This document shows positions 9,510 through 17,900 of a stretch of DNA of 64,000 nucleotides, piece by piece. The stretch comes from Clostridia bacterium (lineage in GTDB: Bacteria > Bacillota > Clostridia > CAKSNL01 > HGM11501). The notes below the pieces were generated by a model. It was given only the letters and a program-made list of their open reading frames with translations, was not told the origin of the DNA and did no database searches. Every line of letters starts with the position of its first letter. Position 1 is the stretch's first letter. The position numbers and the translations under genes are program-made. The DNA lies in assembly GCA_045545475.1 (NCBI GenBank), contig JAZQAZ010000018.1:32001-96000 (forward strand), read 5' to 3'.

Positions 9510-10379
9510 ATGAATCTTGTAGTTTACGAACCTCATGGCCTTAAAGAAAAAAGGCTTCCGTTTATTTTTCACTTTGATACTATATCTCCGGGATTTTATT
9601 CCGATGTAACCGATGGAAAAACGGAACATAAGCATTTTAAAAAGCACTGTATGCAAAATTGGCATGAAAACACGGAGTTTCTTTATGTCACAAGTGGAGA
9701 AGGGATGCTTTACAAAAATAGCGAAAAAATAAAAATTTCTGCCAATTCATTGGTTGTAATAAATTCCTTTGACTTGCATTACACTGAAACAGATAATACG
9801 CTTGAATATTATTGCCTTATTCCTGACAGAGGCTATCTTCAGCAGAACGGACTTAATACCTCGCTTATAAATTTTGAAACACTAATTGATGACAGCGAAG
9901 CCATAAGGCTTTTTGAAAATATAATAACAGAATACGGCAAAGACGAAAAATACAGGGAAGCGGGAATAAAATCTGCGGTAATTGAGTTTGTTCTTTATCT
10001 TGCCCGCAGCCATACATCCTTGAAAGGAAATGAAAAGGATTCTAAGGCACTTCATTATATGAGAATGGCAATAGGGTATATAAATTCTCATATTTCGGAG
10101 AAAATTACAGCAGATGAACTGGCAAGGGAGATTGGCTTGAGCAAATATCATTTCTTAAGGGAATTTAAAAAAATAACAAACATGACACTTATTGAATTTA
10201 TAAACGGGTTAAGATGTGAAAAGGCACGCTCGATGCTGCGTGAAGAAAATATTCCTATTTCGGAAGTATCTGCACTTTGCGGATTTGAAAACGGCTCATA
10301 TTTTAATAAAATATTCCGTCGTGAAACGGGACTTTCTATGTCCGAATACAGAAAGAATGCACGAAAAGAAAGCGAATAA
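9510..10379 (+). CDS. AraC family transcriptional regulator (cupin + HTH)
   Basis: Cupin 'NWHENTEFLYV'; HTH 'LSKYHFLREFKK' and 'CGFENGSYFNKIFRR'. Confidence 0.93.
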   Translation: MNLVVYEPHGLKEKRLPFIFHFDTISPGFYSDVTDGKTEHKHFKKHCMQNWHENTEFLYVTSGEGMLYKNSEKIKISANSLVVINSFDLHYTETDNTLEYYCLIPDRGYLQQNGLNTSLINFETLIDDSEAIRLFENIITEYGKDEKYREAGIKSAVIEFVLYLARSHTSLKGNEKDSKALHYMRMAIGYINSHISEKITADELAREIGLSKYHFLREFKKITNMTLIEFINGLRCEKARSMLREENIPISEVSALCGFENGSYFNKIFRRETGLSMSEYRKNARKESE

Positions 10380-10402
10380 AAAACGCCCTTCGGGCGTTTT
10401 TT
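10378..10402. terminator. Bidirectional terminator
   Basis: aaaaacgccc-ttcg-ggcgttttt between convergent genes. Confidence 0.8.
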
Positions 10403-10961
10403 ATTCGCTTTTTCTGTTTAGTTTTATGTACTCGTTAATGTAGAGTATAAATGCAAGAAGCATAAATACCGAACAAAGGGTTAAAAGAAAATTGACGGTT
10501 GAAAGAGACATTTCGAATGCAAAAAGTGCCGTCATTGAAACAAACTGTACAACGGTTGAAACTTTTCCGAACCATTTTGCACCGTCGAGTTTCTTGTTGT
10601 TTTTACAAACAGAGAATAGCCCTAAAAGTCCCATAGTAATTTCCTTGATAAAGAAAATTACTACAAGAATCCACATTATTTCATATCTTGAAAGCAGGCA
10701 TAGTATCAAAGTACATTGTGTAAGTTTGTCAGCCACAGGATCAATAAACTTTCCAAACTCTGTTATCATATTGAATTTACGGGCGATAACTCCGTCGGCA
10801 AGATCGGTAAATCCCGAAATTGCAGCAATAATTGCAGCCAGTTGGTAATTTTCTGCTACAAGATAAAAATATACGATTAAAGGGATTAGCAGAATTCTGA
10901 CATAACTTAATATATTTGGGATGGAGAGAAGCTCCTTTTTATAATTAACCATTACAGTCAT
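10401..10961 (-). CDS. CDP-alcohol phosphatidyltransferase (PgsA-like)
   Basis: 'IPNILS', signature 'DLADGVIARKFNMITEFGKFIDPVADK'. Confidence 0.92.
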   Translation of the reverse strand: MTVMVNYKKELLSIPNILSYVRILLIPLIVYFYLVAENYQLAAIIAAISGFTDLADGVIARKFNMITEFGKFIDPVADKLTQCTLILCLLSRYEIMWILVVIFFIKEITMGLLGLFSVCKNNKKLDGAKWFGKVSTVVQFVSMTALFAFEMSLSTVNFLLTLCSVFMLLAFILYINEYIKLNRKSE

Positions 10962-11971
10962 GCCTCCTCAGAAGGACTGTAATGAGACTCAAAAGGCTGC
11001 TCGGAATTTATAACGGCTTTGTCAGATTCATTTTCGCATTCAGCTTCTGCAGCTTCTTCGATGTTTATGGGCTCATCTTTTTTTTCTGTGGCATCCGAAG
11101 AAGAAATGGTTTCGGATAACCTATTTAAGTCTCGTTGCAAAATGCAAAGGGCCATGGGGAAAAGAAGGAAGAGGGTTAAAACCATACATAATATGCCGCG
11201 GTTTTTAACGGTTTCGTCCTTTTCACTGAGCTCTTCATAGCGGGTGTAATACCAGTATGCGGTGTAAGGATAAAATAAAGAGAAAAGCCAAAGCTCGGAA
11301 AAAGAGGCTTTTTTGCCGATAAACATTTCTGTTTTCTTTGCGGCAAATATACTCCATAAAATGTAGTATATTCCAAAGGTCACAATAGAGAGTATAAAAA
11401 CTTCTCCCATTTTAACAGAGGATGAGGCCTTTGTTATATCAACATATTTTGTAAGCAAAATGAGCGAAGATAAAATTAAAAGCTCAGGAGTTATGGATGA
11501 AGATGTAAAGAGTACCACAAGCCATGCAACAAAAAGTGCTGAAAAAAGCATGCGGCTGTTCTTAATCTGCTCCTGTGCATATAAAATTAATAAAAGGTAT
11601 GCCGCAATAGGCAATAGAAGCAATATAAAGTTAAGTACTTCAAGGAAAATATTTGGACGATAGTAGTGGTTATACATACCGGAAAATACATACGAGTAAA
11701 TGTAATGAATTATAAATACTACAGATTGAAGAAAAAGAAAAACTCCGCTGAGAGAAATGAGGGTTTTTCCGGATGTAAACACTCCTGCAAGCAATAAAAG
11801 AATTGAAAACAGGATAAGCAGTGCCGATATAAACAGCAAAAGACCATTTGCGGAGATGGGGTATCTGTCAGCTATATAAAATACATTATACAAGCTTACA
11901 GGAAGTGCGATAATAGATAGAATAACAGATAAAAGTATGTTGCAGTTTTTTAATTTAGACACAAAAACCAT
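10958..11971 (-). CDS. Multi-pass membrane protein with C-terminal DUF4234-like region
   Basis: Many hydrophobic helices; 'ILSIVTFGIYYILW' and 'ILQRDLN' resemble DUF4234; acidic tail. Confidence 0.6.
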   Translation of the reverse strand: MVFVSKLKNCNILLSVILSIIALPVSLYNVFYIADRYPISANGLLLFISALLILFSILLLLAGVFTSGKTLISLSGVFLFLQSVVFIIHYIYSYVFSGMYNHYYRPNIFLEVLNFILLLLPIAAYLLLILYAQEQIKNSRMLFSALFVAWLVVLFTSSSITPELLILSSLILLTKYVDITKASSSVKMGEVFILSIVTFGIYYILWSIFAAKKTEMFIGKKASFSELWLFSLFYPYTAYWYYTRYEELSEKDETVKNRGILCMVLTLFLLFPMALCILQRDLNRLSETISSSDATEKKDEPINIEEAAEAECENESDKAVINSEQPFESHYSPSEEA

Positions 11972-11993
11972 CCTTTCTGAAGAAATTTCTTTA

Positions 11994-13088
11994 TTATATA
12001 CGGGTGTCGCATTTTATGTATTTTCTGTTCCAGCCTTCATTAAAATCTATGTCATCGGGGCAGCCTGTGAACAGGTCAGAAGCAAGCTCCTCAATTTCTG
12101 CACGAAGTTCCAAATTTTCAAGATAATAGTCGGGGATTGCGTCGACTCCGAGGTATGCACCGATTATACTTCCCGTTATAAGGCCTGTGGAGTTACTGTC
12201 TCCGCTGTGGTTAACTGCGGCAACTATTGCTTTTTCAAAGCTGTTCTGATACTTTAAGCTGCAGTAAATACCGATTGCAAGTGCTTCCTCTGCCAAAAGA
12301 CCGGAATTTCCGAGACGGCGTATTGCATCGGTATCGTCGATTTCTCTTCCGGCAAGCTTTATGGCACGTTCTATAAGGTCTATCAGATTTTGTGTTTCCG
12401 GATAAGTCTCCTTTGTGCCGTCCAAAGTATCAAGACAGTCATATACAATAGTATATAAATTCTCATCGGTGTGAGCTGCATTGTTTATTATATGAACCAT
12501 TGCGGCAGCACTTACGAATCCCAGAGGATGGCCGTGAGTTATTGCGGCGGACTTTGCACCGATTAAGTCTATTCTCTCTGTTCCGTATTCTTCTTTGTCA
12601 AAGTAAAGTCCGATAGGGGCAACCCTCATCATTCCTCCGCATCCCTTGCTTGAGTTGAGCCTGCCTTCAAGCGTCCCCATAACTCCGCTGGATAATGCAT
12701 ATAAGTTGGTGTTTCCGGGGGCTCTTTTTGACTGTAATGCTTTCAAATGATAAATCCAGCTTATTATGTCTTCATCCTTGAAAAGGGAAGGCATCTGGGT
12801 GCGAAGCCAATCCTTATACGCCTTGTGTATGTAGTGACAAACGGGAGCCATTACGCCTTTAACTTTTTCGCGTGTAGCACCGAAAAGAATACCGTTTGCG
12901 GTAAACATAGTCATCTGAGTTCCGTCGGAAATTAATGCTTTCCCATCTTTAAACTCATAGCGGGTTATACCGTTTTCACCGTATTTTTTTCTGATTTCGT
13001 CTAAACTTTTGAACTCGACGGCATAACCTAATGCGTCACCTGCCGCTCCGCCCAAAAGACAGCCCTTAAATTTTCTCAATTCCCTCAT
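11994..13088 (-). CDS. ADP-ribosylglycohydrolase family protein (atypical active site)
   Basis: 'GCLLGGAAGDALG', 'SKGCGGMMRVAP', 'ITHGHP' and 'VNHSGDSNSTG'. Confidence 0.9.
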   Translation of the reverse strand: MRELRKFKGCLLGGAAGDALGYAVEFKSLDEIRKKYGENGITRYEFKDGKALISDGTQMTMFTANGILFGATREKVKGVMAPVCHYIHKAYKDWLRTQMPSLFKDEDIISWIYHLKALQSKRAPGNTNLYALSSGVMGTLEGRLNSSKGCGGMMRVAPIGLYFDKEEYGTERIDLIGAKSAAITHGHPLGFVSAAAMVHIINNAAHTDENLYTIVYDCLDTLDGTKETYPETQNLIDLIERAIKLAGREIDDTDAIRRLGNSGLLAEEALAIGIYCSLKYQNSFEKAIVAAVNHSGDSNSTGLITGSIIGAYLGVDAIPDYYLENLELRAEIEELASDLFTGCPDDIDFNEGWNRKYIKCDTRI

Positions 13089-13228
13089 TTATATCTCTGC
13101 CTTTCTGTGGGTAACAGAATTATTCTATCAAAAATATCTGATTTTTACAAGGGGAAATTTCGAGTTTTTTTTCGTTATTGCGATTTTTTTGACAAAAAAA
13201 TATATTTTATACTAATTGTAGTGTTTTT

Positions 13229-14431
13229 TTATTCCCCTAAATTTTTTTTCTTTTCTGAAAACATATTTCCTGCACGGAAAACTGCTCCGCTCCCGAATTT
13301 TTGCTTTAATGCATCAATTGCAGCATCCACCTTTTCATGCTTTTCGCATTTCTGTTCTTCATCAAATAGCGAAAGCTGAGTGGGAGAATCGGCTTTAGAT
13401 AAAGATAAAGCTGTAACGGTAAGCATTCTAACCGGTTTTCCGGATTCCCAGCGTGCTTCAAAGAGTAAAAAGCATTCGGTTGCTATGTTGTGAAGAGAGT
13501 TTGTGGGACTTATGGCCTTTTGTCTTGTAATTGTGGTGAAATCTTTATCCCTTATAGTAAGCTGAACGGACGAACATTTAAGATTTCCTTGACGGAGTTT
13601 TTCGGCAACGGTATCGGAAAGGGAATAAATTGCAGATTTTATTTCTTCCGTGGTTGTAAGGTCATGCGGAAATGTCATGCCGTTACCGATTGATTTAACC
13701 TCTCGCTTATCAAGGTAAGATTTTACAGGGTCATCGTCAAGGCCTTTGGCGTAAATGGAAAGCATTTTGCCGTGCTTTCCGAAGCGTTCCGACAACAGTC
13801 TTTCATCAGCCGAGGCAATGTCTCCGATTGTATTTATTCCAAGAGCCTTGAGGCCCAAAGCAGTATTTCGTCCCACATATAAAAGCATATCACAGGGAAG
13901 ATTATAAATTTTTTCTTTATAGTTTTCCTCTGATAAAACTGTGACGGCATCCGGCTTTTTCAAATCGCTTCCGAGCTTTGCGAAAATCTTGTTAAAGGAA
14001 ACGCCGACGGAAATGGTAATTCCGATTTCCTTTTTCACACGTTCCCTTATCATGTGGGCAATTTCTTCTCCGCTTCCGAAAAGCTTTAAGCTTCCCGTAA
14101 CATCCAGCCAGGACTCGTCAATTCCGAATTTTTCCACCTGCTCCGTATAGTCGCAGTAAATGGCGTTTACCCTCTCAGAATACTCCTCATAGATGTCGTG
14201 ATGGGGAGGAACGATTGTAAGGTTCGGACATTTTTTCAATGCCGATCCTATGGTTTCGGCTGTTACTATTCCGTAGCGTTTTGCAAGTTCATTTTTGGCG
14301 AGGATTATTCCGTGGCGGTTTTCCCTGTTTCCGCCAACAGCCATGGGAATATCTTTGAGGGATGGATTAAGTGCACATTCAACAGATGCATAAAAGCCGT
14401 TACAATCGCAGTGCAGTATTGTTCTTGCCAC
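13229..14431 (-). CDS. dinB: DNA polymerase IV (Y family)
   Basis: AAGGAGG RBS before GTG 14431; 'ILHCDCNGFYASVE', 'GIDESWLD', 'AKLGSDLKKPD' and clamp-binding 'QLSLF'. Confidence 0.95.
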   Translation of the reverse strand: MARTILHCDCNGFYASVECALNPSLKDIPMAVGGNRENRHGIILAKNELAKRYGIVTAETIGSALKKCPNLTIVPPHHDIYEEYSERVNAIYCDYTEQVEKFGIDESWLDVTGSLKLFGSGEEIAHMIRERVKKEIGITISVGVSFNKIFAKLGSDLKKPDAVTVLSEENYKEKIYNLPCDMLLYVGRNTALGLKALGINTIGDIASADERLLSERFGKHGKMLSIYAKGLDDDPVKSYLDKREVKSIGNGMTFPHDLTTTEEIKSAIYSLSDTVAEKLRQGNLKCSSVQLTIRDKDFTTITRQKAISPTNSLHNIATECFLLFEARWESGKPVRMLTVTALSLSKADSPTQLSLFDEEQKCEKHEKVDAAIDALKQKFGSGAVFRAGNMFSEKKKNLGE

Positions 14432-14534
14432 GAAAATCACCTCCTTGTTATTTTAATATTATATCAGTTTTTTATCCTGTTTTCAAGTGTTATAAAAATG
14501 TTGTTTTTTTGAAAGTTTATATTGAATTTTTATA

Positions 14535-14563
14535 TTGACAGTTTTTATCCGGAATGTTAATAT
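14535..14563 (+). promoter_or_regulatory. SigA-type promoter of the cobalamin operon
   Basis: TTGACA-17 bp-TAATAT with extended TG. Confidence 0.7.
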
Positions 14564-14580
14564 AAGTAAAAATAAATATT

Positions 14581-14763
14581 GCACATAGTGTGTCCGTTAT
14601 ACCGTATGGGTATGATGGGTGAAAAGGGAATCCGGTCAGACTCCGGAACGATACCAGTCGCTGTAACTACCCGTATAATCCGTCGGCGAAAGCCGGTCAT
14701 TGGGAAACTGAGAAGGCAGGGTTATACGTAAAGAGGTGGAAAGTCAGAAGACCTGCACTAATG
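14581..14763 (+). ncRNA. Cobalamin (AdoCbl) riboswitch
   Basis: Conserved blocks 'tgaaaagggaatccggt', 'gctgtaa', 'gtcattgggaaactgagaagg' and B12 box 'aagtcagaagacctgc'; P1 pairing tagtg/cacta. Confidence 0.93.
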
Positions 14764-14869
14764 CTGCTCCGTACTTGCTTTGCATAGGGGCGGCAGTTTT
14801 GTCGGCATTTTCCGTTTATGGAAAAGGCTTTGCTTTACGTTGGACAAAATGTGCAGACACAGAAACGCT

Positions 14870-14903
14870 GCTGTGGTAATTTTTTAATTACCACGGCTTT
14901 TTT
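14870..14903 (+). terminator. Riboswitch expression-platform terminator (attenuator)
   Basis: gctgtggtaatt-tttt-aattaccacggc followed by tttttt, in the leader upstream of the first CDS. Confidence 0.8.
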
Positions 14904-14987
14904 GTTTTCTGTTATAAAAGGAGGTGTAAAAGAAAAAATAGCGACGCTTTAATAAAGACAATTTAACAAAAAGAAAGGATAGTAAAA

Positions 14988-17900
14988 ATGAAAATTAAAA
15001 AAGCGTTATGCCTGCTTTTATCACTGGTTATGATATTCGGCATGGCACCTTCGGCAATAATTTCAGCTGAAGAAAATGAAACAACTGATGAAATTAAGGT
15101 TTATATGACAGTAGTAAATAAGGGTGTTATTGCTTCGGACAATGAAGGAGACATAATGGCAAACCGTGAACTTACGGTTTCGGATATTGACGAAGACGGA
15201 AAATTCACCTTCCACGAAGCGTTAATCGCTGCACATAAGGAATATAACAGCGAAGATGGCTACGATGCAGGAAGCGGAAATGGAGTAAGCGTTGTAAAGC
15301 TCTGGGGAATTGATTCGTATAACAACCTGTTTTTTATAAATGATGTGGGAATTCCCGATGGAGTTGGAATTAATGAGGTAAAAGACGGGAATTTCCTTAC
15401 AACATCAATATGTCAGGATAGCAAATACTACTGTGACCGCTATACCTTCTTTGATAAAAAGGAAGTTACTGCTATCGAAAATGAGGAATTTACTCTTAAC
15501 TTAAAGGGGTTCTGGGGGATGGCTTCTGAAGGAGACGACCTTTTGCCAAAGCCTTTTGAAGGACTTGCTATCTGTACCTGGGAAGATGGCGAACTTAAAG
15601 AGATTGAAGGAAAAGCGACAGACGAAGACGGTAATGTAAATCTTTCCTTTTCCGAAGCGGGAACTTATTATGTGACGGCAAAAGGTACGGTAAAGGCAAT
15701 GGTTACCGACTGGTGGACAATGAAGGAGGTTGAGGCAGACTGCCCCATAATCGCACCGCTTTGTATCGTAACAGTAGAAGAGATTGCTCCTCCCGAATCC
15801 ATTAAGATAGAACACGATGCAAAAAATGTTATTGACGGAGTTATCATAGCTAAAAAGGGCGATAAATTCAATCTCCTTGCCTTTGACGAAAATGGCGAAG
15901 AAACTCCCGTTACATGGAAGAACGAAAGCTACGGCAATACAGTTACAATAGATGAGGTTACAGGCGAAGTAGAGGTTACGGGTGATATTTACGGCGGCAC
16001 ATCCTACCTTTATTTTGAGGCCACATCCACGATTGACGAGACTGTGAAAAAAGAAGTCACCGTTCTTATGACCGGCTTTATCTTAAGCCAGTATCAGAAG
16101 GAGCAGACCGTAACACTTTCTGAGGATGGACAGACGGCAAAGACAGCATCTCTTAATGCCGGTAAAAAAGGACATAATATCTGGAATTATAACATTCCCG
16201 ATGGTGTTGCAGAACTTACTGCAGACCCCGGAAACGGCGGAGAAATAAAGTTCAACGTATATAGACCGGGTGTAATTGAGGTGGGCTTTGCCCTTGACAT
16301 AAATGAGGAGCTTTCCGACAGCGGAATAATTAAAGTAGAGGGCGTTGCCGTTGAAACTTTGAATGGAGAAAGAGGAAAGGTTTATCTTGAGATAGGGAAC
16401 GAGGAAGATGCACCCACAACGGAGCTTACTGCCTATGTTGCGGAGGGCAGAGAGGTTTCCTCGTGGATAAGCCTTGATGAGGATATTGCCACAGTTTCGG
16501 AAAACGGCGTGGTAACGGCTGTGGGTGTCGGAAGCGTAATTATTCAGGCCGTGGACAATGAAGGCGCGAAGGGCGGAATAAAGGTAGTTGTTGAAAGCAG
16601 GGAAATACCTTATTTTGAAAGCATCGAATTTCAGACAAGCTACCTTGCATCGGGTTCCTGGGTAAAGGGCGAAACATTTAATCCCACGGTAACGGAGTAC
16701 GATCTTACTGTTTCACGTTATTCCTTAAGCAATCTTGTTTTTCTTAAGGATACCTTGTATGACGATGTGAAATACTCGGCGAAAGCTTTGTACGAAGATG
16801 TATACGGCGAAGAAAAAGAGGTTTACATACATAGCGGAGCAGCAACAACTCTTTCCGATATACCCTTCGGTACTTCCGCTGTTACGGTAACGCTTTATGA
16901 AAAGGAAAACGAAAAAAATAAAACCGTTTATACCTTTAATGTAACACGTCCGAGAGATAAAACAAAAGCTTTAAAGACGGTTACTGTAAATCCTGAAGGA
17001 AGAACGCTTTCAAATACCTTGTATGAGGGCTATAAAGAAGGAACGATGCTGAGGTGTGACGAAGAAGGAACCCTCACTTCGGTAACAGGAATATACGGCT
17101 CGCATTATTATTACAGAACATATGTATACGGCGAAACCGACTTTACCTTATCCTTTGCCGCATCCACTGCCTATGCTCATATAAGATACAGCGTTGACGG
17201 CGAGGAGTGGACAGAGCTTGATTCTTTATTGAAATCGGAAAAACTTTCCTTTGACGAGGATGGTGTTATTGAGCTTTATATAGAAATTGCAGACGACGAT
17301 AGTTATACCTCTGACAAAGAAGCAGAGGGTGACGGATTTTCGGAGGGAAATACGGTAAGCTACAAGCTCACATTGATGAATGTTTCCGCAGAAGCTCCGA
17401 AAATGCTTACGGCTGAGGCAGAAGGGGACTGGTATCCTGCTTTTTCTCCTGACTTTTATACCTATCGCATAATGACAGAAAGTGATGCAAAAGCTCCCGT
17501 GCTTACCTTTACGGCAGAAGAAGGAGCAATTGTAAAAGATGAAAAAGAAATTATTGAGCCTGACGAGAACGGAATATATTCCGTAACCCTTAAAAACACA
17601 CAAAAGAGCATTACCCTTTCAGACAGCGAAGAAAAGTGCGTTAATACATATAAGTTCCAGTACACGAGAAAGTCATCCTCTGCTGTGCCCGATAAAGTGG
17701 TTGAGGCGGTATATATCGGCGGTCAGTATTCGGGAAGCTATGACGTTTATCCCGAACTTACGCTGACAGGCTCTATGCGTTCTCTCGGTAACTTCGGAGG
17801 ATATATCACATACTATTTTGAAGAAGCACTAAAAGATAACCCAAACAATATGTACGGTATGGAGTTTTACATCTTCGGAAACAGTATGGAGATGAATATT

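Noticed and set aside
14432-14560. LexA/SOS box upstream of dinB
   Set aside because: No GAAC-N4-GTTC match seen
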